From assembly GCA_041657425.1 (NCBI GenBank), contig JBBABY010000003.1, forward strand, positions 90,001 through 122,000: a stretch of 32,000 bases of DNA, read 5' to 3'. The first letter of the stretch is position 1; each line of letters starts with the position of its first letter. The stretch comes from an archaeon. GTDB taxonomy: Archaea > Iainarchaeota > Iainarchaeia > Iainarchaeales > CSSED10-239. This document shows positions 17,598-23,683 of this stretch, in pieces. The translations under genes were made by a program, and so were the position numbers. The notes under the pieces are model-generated. The model did not search any database, was not told where the DNA came from, and saw only the letters and a list, made by a program, of their open reading frames with translations.

Positions 17598-17824
17598 GCT
17601 AACTCCATTGAAAGCGCGCGCCGAAATTCTTGCTTCCTTATTTTCCTTTGATGTTTCTGATCTAGTTCCGGGTTTTTACAAGATCCACAATGCCCCATAC
17701 AGAGCGCGCGGTATGGATGGAATGCAAAACCATACTTATGAACGGCACGGTCGAAAAGTCCTAATGTATAACGATGTGCTTTTTTAATGATGCGGTTGTA
17801 GATACGAAGTGTTCTTGACATCAA
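17594..17824 (-). CDS. Basic Cys/His-containing hypothetical protein (76 aa)
   Basis: ORF with CMGHCGSC and a Lys/Arg-rich tail. Coupled to the downstream acidic ORF. Confidence 0.5.
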   Translation of the reverse strand: MMSRTLRIYNRIIKKAHRYTLGLFDRAVHKYGFAFHPYRALCMGHCGSCKNPELDQKHQRKIRKQEFRRALSMELA

Positions 17825-17867
17825 AATAGTATATGTGTCAAAACTATTTAATTATTTCTAAAAAAGA

Positions 17868-18263
17868 TTATTTGCAGTTTCCTGCAATCCTATCTAACTC
17901 TCTACGCTTTGCTGCTATATCGTGGCATTGCGCTTCGATTTCTTTTGCGGCTTTGCAGATTGCGAGTTGGTCTGCTTCGGGGGTGGTTTTGATAATAGTT
18001 GTTCCCACATCAGATCCCGGATATACTTCATAGGCAGGTAAATATGTAATTAAATCAAATGTGAGTGATATCCACGCGCAACATGAAGCACTCATTGCAA
18101 TGCCCCAAATAGACTTACCATTTACCCATAGACATTCACAAAGAAAAGAACAGAATACCGCCAATGCGAAAACAATTATATTGACAAGATTTGCTTTATC
18201 ATAAGTTGTTTCTCTTACCCAAATCCCAATGCCATCTACATTTCTAATAAAAGATTTTGCCAT
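17868..18263 (-). CDS. Membrane protein (2 TM) with soluble C-terminal domain
   Basis: 131-aa ORF. Upstream on the minus strand are TTTATATATTATAAA, a GGTTGC-aga-GCAACC hairpin (18275-18289), then GGAG and ATG. Confidence 0.6.
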   Translation of the reverse strand: MAKSFIRNVDGIGIWVRETTYDKANLVNIIVFALAVFCSFLCECLWVNGKSIWGIAMSASCCAWISLTFDLITYLPAYEVYPGSDVGTTIIKTTPEADQLAICKAAKEIEAQCHDIAAKRRELDRIAGNCK

Positions 18264-18299
18264 TTTTTAACTCCGGTTGCTCTGCAACCAAAATAGATA

Positions 18300-18470
18300 T
18301 ATGCGTTTATAATATATAAAACCAGTGGTGTAAATCAAATCGAAAAACGATTATTAATAGTAATTATTTTTCGTAGAAATAGATAGCGAACCTCGTTCGT
18401 CAACTGCTTACAAATTTCTTCGTAAGCTTGTAACTATGTCAGAGACACGCTACATTTGGCTGGTTGACAG
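18300..18470 (-). ncRNA. Candidate TnpB omega-RNA (reRNA) scaffold / IS right end
   Basis: Three hairpins lie immediately 3' of, or overlapping, the tnpB stop on the minus strand. They are GCTTAC/GTAAGC (18406-18427), CGAAC-loop-GTTCG (18387-18399) and CGAAAAA/TTTTTCG (18341-18373). The placement follows established TnpB biology. The boundaries are guesses. Confidence 0.35.
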
Positions 18471-19542
18471 GCAGCCTACTCAAAACAGATATACCATCTT
18501 GAGCTATATTACGAGAAGCATTGAGATCAGCATGAAGTTCAAATCCACATTTACAGCATTTAAAAGAGGAACCATTACGATTGCCTTTATAGACATGCCC
18601 GCAAATTGAACATTTTTGAGAAGTATAACGAGCATCAATAAATATAACCCTCTTGCCAAGATTTTCGGCTTTATACCGGATAAACTGTTCAAGTTCAAAG
18701 AACGACCAATTGTTCAATTTTCGATTAAAAATTTTCCCGCGTCGTTTTTGTACCCGAATTTTAGTAAGGTCTTCAAGAGCGAATACTGTATATTGGGTTT
18801 GTATAATTTGCTTCGAGATACAGTGATTAACATCAGTCACAAACCGTCTTTCTCGACCGGAAAGTTTCTTTAACTTTCTTTTAGCAGATCGAGTGCCTTT
18901 AGACTGTAATTGAGCTCGGAGATATGCGTACTGCGACCGCGTATTCTTCACTGCCCGGGAATTAAAAAATGTGTTGTCGGAACAGACCGCAATGTTAATA
19001 ATGCCTCTATCGATTCCAAGAACCATTTGATCGGGAATGATTTTGGGAGTATTCGTTTCAATCTGACAATGCAAATAAAACATATTGCCAGTCTTACGAA
19101 GAGACAGTGTAGATGATTTAATTTTCCACGTTAAATATGGTATATAATACTTCGGAACTATAAATTCAACTTTTACTCTACCGTTTGAAGTAGCAATAGT
19201 TGCGTAACCAGATTCCAAACAAACCCTAATAACCTGCGAATTATATAACATTGCCGAATGTTCTTTACGAATCGGTTTATATCGACACTTTACCGATTTC
19301 AAAGATGCGCAAGCAACATCTCTTGCACACTGAACCAACGAAGAGGGAAAATTGGGTATCAATTCCCGAATTTTATAATAAGTTGATTTATGGCAATCTA
19401 TCTTATTAGCAGTATGATTATCAAACCCCCAAGTTGAACAAATATTAAATGCGGTTGTATAATCTCTCATTGTTTTAAAAAGAGATATCTTCGCATCAGA
19501 AGAAACATTTAGTTTCAACTTGATTGTTCTAATCATATTCAT
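18439..19542 (-). CDS. tnpB: TnpB (IS200/IS605-family OrfB, RuvC-type RNA-guided nuclease), apparently intact
   Basis: 367 aa. RuvC triad contexts LGIDRGI, FALEDL and HADLNASRNI. Zn finger CSICGH...CCKCGF. No tnpA is adjacent. Confidence 0.9.
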   Translation of the reverse strand: MNMIRTIKLKLNVSSDAKISLFKTMRDYTTAFNICSTWGFDNHTANKIDCHKSTYYKIRELIPNFPSSLVQCARDVACASLKSVKCRYKPIRKEHSAMLYNSQVIRVCLESGYATIATSNGRVKVEFIVPKYYIPYLTWKIKSSTLSLRKTGNMFYLHCQIETNTPKIIPDQMVLGIDRGIINIAVCSDNTFFNSRAVKNTRSQYAYLRAQLQSKGTRSAKRKLKKLSGRERRFVTDVNHCISKQIIQTQYTVFALEDLTKIRVQKRRGKIFNRKLNNWSFFELEQFIRYKAENLGKRVIFIDARYTSQKCSICGHVYKGNRNGSSFKCCKCGFELHADLNASRNIAQDGISVLSRLPVNQPNVACL

Positions 19543-19574
19543 ATATTAATACTAATAGTATATATAACTTTCTA

Positions 19575-19748
19575 TTATTGATTTTGATAAAGATTTACCC
19601 ATTCCGATCCATCTGGTAAAATGAGAATATTTCTAGAAACCGAATTGCTATAGTTGGTAGGGTCAACCTCCATATATCTTCTTGATCCTATAGGGTCTCC
19701 GGTAATAGACCCAACCGGAATTAATAATTTAATTCCATTAGATATCAT
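19575..19748 (-). CDS. Possible small hypothetical protein (57 aa)
   Basis: The ORF track starts it at TTG 19790, inside the tRNA-like gene. Only the part from ATG 19748 is plausible. Confidence 0.3.
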   Translation of the reverse strand: MISNGIKLLIPVGSITGDPIGSRRYMEVDPTNYSNSVSRNILILPDGSEWVNLYQNQ

Positions 19749-19753
19749 TTTAA

Positions 19754-19833
19754 TGCAACGGGTTGGATTCGAACCAACAATGTAAGTCAAATGGCATGCC
19801 TCACTTACGTTTTCCCAGTTAAACTACTGTTGC
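19754..19833 (-). tRNA. tRNA-like gene with a 15-nt anticodon-loop region; identity undetermined
   Basis: Minus strand: GCAACAG TA GTTT AACTGGGA AAAC G TAAGT [GAGGCATGCCATTTG] ACTTA CATT GTTGG TTCGAAT CCAAC CCGTTGC A. The acceptor has one A-C mismatch. D and T arms are canonical. No 7-nt loop with U33 can be extracted, and 8 extra nt is too short for a BHB intron. Confidence 0.5.
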
Positions 19834-19870
19834 TTTTAATATGTTCCCTTTCCACGCTTATGAGGAACAA

Positions 19871-19911
19871 CGGGTCTGGTTCCCAAAGGAATCTTCCGCG
19901 TGCCAGACCCG
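19871..19911 (-). other. 9-bp GC-rich hairpin between two tRNA-like genes
   Basis: cgggtctgg (19871-19879) pairs with ccagacccg (19903-19911), with a 23-nt loop. Confidence 0.5.
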
Positions 19912-19912
19912 A

Positions 19913-19997
19913 TGACCGGGGTGGGATTTGAACCCACGTATCAGCAACCTATTAGGTGATTGCCTGCGATGGCCTTTCACCGCTTTGCCACCCTGCC
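19913..19997 (-). tRNA. tRNA-like gene (85 nt), non-canonical interior; identity undetermined
   Basis: T arm GTGGG TTCAAAT CCCAC. Acceptor GGCAGGG/CCCGGTC has one A-G mismatch and one G-U pair. GGCAA/TTGCT helix closes a 12-nt loop (TCACCTAATAGG). The D-loop-like sequence AGCGGT is present. TATA-like GTATTTAT lies ~28 nt upstream. Confidence 0.45.
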
Positions 19998-20117
19998 AAA
20001 TATGTATAGGATGTTTAAGAATAAATACTTTTTGATTTAAATTGACTCGTCAATGGGTATATCCTATGAAAGATGTGTCCCAATAAAGGGTATATCCCAT
20101 TTGACATTTGATAATAT

Positions 20118-20233
20118 AAGGATAATGAGGATTTGAACCTCATTCGCAGGACATTACCCTACTAACCACGGTGCTCACCGAATCAGTCTAATGTTGGCTA
20201 AAGGTGGTCTTTCAACAACTAGCAACCTATCCT
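20118..20233 (-). tRNA. Long tRNA-like gene (about 115 nt), probably intron-containing or degenerate; identity undetermined
   Basis: Acceptor AGGATAG/TTATCCT (7 bp). T arm TGAGG TTCAAAT CCTCA. ACCAC (26-30) pairs with GTGGT (65-69). A possible long variable arm is GTAGGG-TAATG-TCCTGC. I could not find a clean BHB or a D arm. Confidence 0.4.
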
Positions 20234-20259
20234 TACGCCTTTGTGTACACGCAGGCGCA

Positions 20260-20379
20260 AACCAGAGATGAGATTTGAACTCATTATTCAATTTCTCGCG
20301 CGAGATTGGGTCTCTTGTGGAACTTGGCATCCCGTTCTCGCGGTGCGAGTTGACAACACATCTTTTGTGTTTCTCTGGT
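20260..20379 (-). tRNA. tRNA-like gene with a canonical-position 51-nt BHB intron (20293-20343); anticodon loop CTCGCAA (CGC), atypical body
   Basis: Acceptor ACCAGAG/CTCTGGT (7 bp). T arm ATGAG TTCAAAT CTCAT. BHB layout: outer helix TCAA/TTGA, 3-nt bulge AAA, 4-bp helix CTCG/CGAG, 3-nt bulge CAC, 7-bp inner helix CGCGAGA/TCTCGCG. After splicing the D loop lacks GG, the variable region is only 2-3 nt, and there is no G3:U70. Confidence 0.55.
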
Positions 20380-20389
20380 AATAATTAAT

Positions 20390-20599
20390 CCGGATTTTGG
20401 TTCTTGGCTCCGGTCGCCTCAACCACCTTGTTACTGCCCCGATTGGTGTAATCCCGCACGGGGGGGTGCGCGGTGATTAACGTGATAGCACATTAACTCA
20501 CGTAGCATTGTTATTTTGGTTGCTTCTACCTCAATTACGCTTGACGTTCGTAATCTACGACCATACTTCCACAGTGATATCACTTCCGTGGTTTCTGGA
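20390..20599 (-). ncRNA. Hairpin-dense, GC-enriched non-coding segment of unknown identity inside the tRNA array
   Basis: Plus-strand stems: ccgga/tccgg (20390-20413) and cgcac-ggggg-gtgcg (20456-20470, CGCAC-CCCCC-GTGCG on the minus strand). Minus-strand stems: TAATC/GATTA and CGTGA/TCACG. No ORF. Flanked by tRNA-Gln and the BHB tRNA-like gene on the same strand. The strand is assumed from these neighbours. Confidence 0.3.
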
Positions 20600-20670
20600 T
20601 AGGGCTAGGGTGAGTCGAACACCCGCCGCCGGCTCCAAAGGCCGGCATTAATCCGCTAAACTGTAGCCCT
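20600..20670 (-). tRNA. tRNA-Gln (anticodon TTG)
   Basis: AGGGCTA CA GTTT AGCGGAT TAAT G CCGGC CTTTGGA GCCGG CGGC GGGTG TTCGACT CACCC TAGCCCT A. 7-bp acceptor, U33, anticodon UUG, G18G19 present. Oddities are C8 and a weak AT-rich D stem. Confidence 0.7.
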
Positions 20671-20677
20671 TCTCGTT

Positions 20678-20726
20678 TGTCAAGAGAATGTATTATTTGC
20701 CCTTGTGTGTTTCCATTCTCTTGACA
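20678..20726. promoter_or_regulatory. 13-bp perfect inverted repeat bracketing the putative TATA box of the tRNA array
   Basis: tgtcaagagaatg (20678-20690) pairs with cattctcttgaca (20714-20726). The 23-nt loop contains, on the minus strand, AAATAATA ~20 nt upstream of the tRNA-Gln 5' end. It also lies just downstream of CDS 20751..20954, so a terminator role is possible. Confidence 0.4.
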
Positions 20727-20750
20727 TATCCATATACGCTCGCTAAATAT

Positions 20751-20954
20751 TTATACCTTTTCATCCAACGGACAATCTTCCGGAAACTCTCTTTCTACCA
20801 AGTCGCAAAAAATGTCAACATTATTATCAACGTCAAAAATCTTTTTATTTAACACCGAACACCAACACTTCTCCTCGTCGTCGTAGTTGTGGTAGAAGTT
20901 TCTGCATAATGAATTACAGTGTGCAATTTCATACGAGACGATTTTGGTTTTCAT
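20751..20954 (-). CDS. Small Cys-rich hypothetical protein (67 aa)
   Basis: ORF with 7 Cys (HCNSLC, KCWC, FC, DC). No recognisable domain. Confidence 0.5.
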   Translation of the reverse strand: MKTKIVSYEIAHCNSLCRNFYHNYDDEEKCWCSVLNKKIFDVDNNVDIFCDLVEREFPEDCPLDEKV

Positions 20955-21199
20955 TTAAATCAAATCCAACAGTGATTGAATAAACATAAAAATTAAAAAG
21001 AAATCTTATTTTTTCTTGTTTAAGTAGCAACACTTTCCCACATAATAACACCTTTAATTCCATCTTCGATTGGTTTAATTACTCGTTTCGTCATACATGA
21101 TGTCACCTCTAATTTCTTTCCGTTTCTTCGTCTTCAATATTCAATTCATCTTCTTCGATCAACACTTTCCATCCAAGACTCCGAATTTTAACAAACATC

Positions 21200-21646
21200 T
21201 TAAACAACCCCTTTCATTATTCTTTCTGCTTTCATAATATTTATATCTTTCTCAATCTTTTCATTCAACTTCTCCGCCATCGCATACAACTCTTCTTCTG
21301 TATATCCTTCCGGTGCAACACTCAAAGCATTATACGCTGTAGGTTCTACTTTCCTTTTCCACAGATTTTGATCATTTACTATTGTTCCGTCAATAATTGG
21401 GATCTCATATTCTATCCAATATCCTGTTATCATTGTGAATATTAATTCGCCGTCGATTTTAGTTATCTCGCGGTGATGGTCGCAGGTCGTGTAAGTAACA
21501 ATACTACTTTTTCTACAATCCGATGGAACTTTATCACCCGGCTGATATGTATTCATCATACACGCCAAATCTTTTGTTTGGAAAGTGTTAATGATACTAT
21601 TACCACAGATTGGGCAACCAACGTCTAATTCTATATAATCATACAT
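21200..21646 (-). CDS. Hypothetical protein with an N-terminal CxxC motif (148 aa from ATG 21646)
   Basis: The ORF track gives 21200..21703. The internal start MYDYIELDVGCPICGN... lies 7 nt after the stop of the upstream Zn-ribbon ORF and is preceded by GGTGAT. Confidence 0.6.
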   Translation of the reverse strand: MYDYIELDVGCPICGNSIINTFQTKDLACMMNTYQPGDKVPSDCRKSSIVTYTTCDHHREITKIDGELIFTMITGYWIEYEIPIIDGTIVNDQNLWKRKVEPTAYNALSVAPEGYTEEELYAMAEKLNEKIEKDINIMKAERIMKGVV

Positions 21647-21653
21647 CCCAATT

Positions 21654-21824
21654 TTAATCACCTTTAATTTCTCTCGTATATCCACAGTATCCACACGATT
21701 CAACTATACCATCAGTATATAAATCACTATGGAGACCGAGTTTCTTTTCACAGTTTGGGCACGAATGACCTTCGATATACCATGTATCTGCAATCGGTAT
21801 TGAGAACGGAAATGTGGATTTCAT
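21654..21824 (-). CDS. Small Zn-ribbon protein (56 aa), not in the ORF track
   Basis: Manual translation: MKSTFPFSIPIADTWYIEGHSCPNCEKKLGLHSDLYTDGIVESCGYCGYTREIKGD (CxxC...CxxC). It starts 4 nt downstream of the tRNA-Ile 3' end. Confidence 0.45.
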   Translation of the reverse strand: MKSTFPFSIPIADTWYIEGHSCPNCEKKLGLHSDLYTDGIVESCGYCGYTREIKGD

Positions 21825-21827
21825 AGA

Positions 21828-21900
21828 TAGGCTCGGTCAGGATCGAACTGACACCCTTTGCCTTATAAGAACAACGCACCACCGATTGTGCTACGAGCCT
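21828..21900 (-). tRNA. tRNA-Ile (anticodon TAT)
   Basis: AGGCTCG TA GCAC AATCGGTG GTGC G TTGTT CTTATAA GGCAA AGGGT GTCAG TTCGATC CTGAC CGAGCCT A. Fully canonical cloverleaf. No encoded CCA. Confidence 0.85.
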
Positions 21901-21928
21901 TCTATAATCTTATATGCTCCCAAAATAT

Positions 21929-23683
21929 TTAAATCTTATCAATAAACCTCCTCAACCACAGTTCCGTACAAACAGTCCTCCACAAAATCCACGAATACTC
22001 AATCTCACCTGAAACAAATTCATCATAACACTTTTTGACCTCCTGCCAATCCCAGTATTTTCTACTTCTAAAACTTTCCGATGTTATAACCCCTTGCACA
22101 AATTCCTGCAACTCGTTCTTCATCCACATTTCTTCCGGTGTAACAAACCCCATCTTATCTTTCCGTGTTCGGATAGATTCAGGTATAATCCCTCTTACAG
22201 AATTCCGTAATGAAAACTTTGAAACACCATTTCTAATTTTTTCGCCTAATGGTAATCTGGTAACATATTCAATCAAATCTATATCAAGATACGGCACTCT
22301 CGCTTCAATGGAAAACACCATAGAATTGCGATCTTCATAATGTAATAACGCCGGGAGATTTGTAGATATCAACTCCCGTTCCAATACACAACTCAACGGT
22401 GGTTTATACCGATCCTCGTACATAGGAATCTCACCCAAGCACTTTCTATATCGTTTCCTAGCATATGTCTCCATTATTGAATTAAAAATAAAATCGTGAT
22501 GCCGTCTTATAAATCCCACAGACTCTTTTGCCGCTGCCCAGAGATGCAACGATTTAATTAATCCTTTAATATATGCCACCTGATAACCAAGATATCCAGC
22601 AAATAATTCATCCGCCCCTTGTCCATCTAAAAGAACTTTTACTTTATCTTTCGCACTTCTCATAACACAATACTGTGCATAGATTGACAGAGAACCAAAC
22701 GGTTCGTCCTGAATATAAATTAAATCATCAATATCTTTTATCAATCGCTGTGATGTCGGTTCAACGAAATCGCAATCGACCTTTTTATCTTTTATAACTT
22801 CATTTATATATTTACTTTCGTCAAACTTTTCGTTTCCAAACACTGCCGAAAATGTTTTTTGATTTTCCGTGTCAATCATAGAAACAATGACAGAAGAATC
22901 GATCCCACCAGATAAACACGACCCAACCGGAACGTCGCTTCGAAGATGAAGCCTAACGGCACTATTAATCAAACCCCTCAATTTTTTGTAATTACATTCG
23001 CCAGAAATATTTTCATTTATCGTGGGAATCCAATAATGATATTTAGATATCCCATATTTAGAAACAGTTAAAGCAAAACCCGGTTCAATTTGATATACTC
23101 CATCAAACATCGTTTCTTCACAATAATCTTGCATCCCCCACGCAAGGAACATATTTACCGTTTTGTCATTCGGATTAAAATATTTGGGTAACGCTTTTAT
23201 TTCCGAAGCAAAGAAAAATGAATCTCCGACCCTTGTATAATAAAATGGTTTTATTCCAAACCTATCGCGCGCGCAGAATAACTCTTGCCTTTTTGAATCC
23301 CAGAGCGCGAACGCCCACATGCCGTTAAATCGATTTACACATGCACTACCCCATTCTTCGTAGGCATGAATTATAACCTCTGTATCCGAACCGGATTTAA
23401 ACACATATCCCTTTTTTATTAATTCTTCGCGCAATTCAATGTAATTATAAATCTCTCCATTAAAAGTAATAATAAGAGAACCATCTTCATTTGACATCGG
23501 CTGCGCGCCATCTTCGGTTAAATCTATAATGGCGAGACGACGGTGAACTAATCCAACATTGCCATTTAAATATATTCCATTTCCATCCGGGCCTCTGTGT
23601 GCAAGTTTTTGCGACATTGTGAATAAAATGTCTTTATTGGGAGTCTTACCATCTATACAATATTGACCTGCAATGCCGCACAT
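21929..23683 (-). CDS. asnB: Asparagine synthase (glutamine-hydrolysing) family amidotransferase, probably a glycan-modifying paralogue
   Basis: N-terminal MCGIAG (Ntn Cys2) and the SGGIDSS PP-loop. 584 aa. Last gene of the sugar operon, abutting the dehydrogenase stop. Confidence 0.9.
   Translation of the reverse strand: MCGIAGQYCIDGKTPNKDILFTMSQKLAHRGPDGNGIYLNGNVGLVHRRLAIIDLTEDGAQPMSNEDGSLIITFNGEIYNYIELREELIKKGYVFKSGSDTEVIIHAYEEWGSACVNRFNGMWAFALWDSKRQELFCARDRFGIKPFYYTRVGDSFFFASEIKALPKYFNPNDKTVNMFLAWGMQDYCEETMFDGVYQIEPGFALTVSKYGISKYHYWIPTINENISGECNYKKLRGLINSAVRLHLRSDVPVGSCLSGGIDSSVIVSMIDTENQKTFSAVFGNEKFDESKYINEVIKDKKVDCDFVEPTSQRLIKDIDDLIYIQDEPFGSLSIYAQYCVMRSAKDKVKVLLDGQGADELFAGYLGYQVAYIKGLIKSLHLWAAAKESVGFIRRHHDFIFNSIMETYARKRYRKCLGEIPMYEDRYKPPLSCVLERELISTNLPALLHYEDRNSMVFSIEARVPYLDIDLIEYVTRLPLGEKIRNGVSKFSLRNSVRGIIPESIRTRKDKMGFVTPEEMWMKNELQEFVQGVITSESFRSRKYWDWQEVKKCYDEFVSGEIEYSWILWRTVCTELWLRRFIDKI

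Larger units (their letters stand above)
18300..19575 (-). mobile_element. TnpB-only IS1341-like element (approximate ends)
   Basis: tnpB plus a structured 3' flank, with an AT-rich TATA-containing 5' flank (19543-19575). Terminal boundaries cannot be fixed without other copies. Confidence 0.5.

Noticed and set aside
19575-19790. 71-aa ORF starting at TTG 19790
   Set aside because: Its first 14 codons are the T arm and acceptor of the tRNA-like gene. Only the part from ATG 19748 is retained, and at low confidence.
19913-19997. RNase P-like GGTGAAAGG element or a permuted/split tRNA arrangement involving the downstream GGGTCTGG hairpin
   Set aside because: No other RNase P conserved regions are present. 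No 5'-half sequence complementary to the 3' acceptor follows the T arm, so neither model could be supported by eye.
20118-20233. Reading CTTTAG (loop positions 32-37) as anticodon UUA, which would make a class II ochre-suppressor tRNA
   Set aside because: No supporting BHB structure could be built for the required 27-nt intron. Also, genes throughout the window terminate normally at TAA. The assignment is unsupported.
20510-20523. 14-nt near-identical match gttat[t/c]ttggttgc at 20510-20523 and 28852-28865 as possible att sites bracketing the glycan operon
   Set aside because: A 13/14 match is expected by chance many times in 32 kb on two strands. The flanks show no further similarity.
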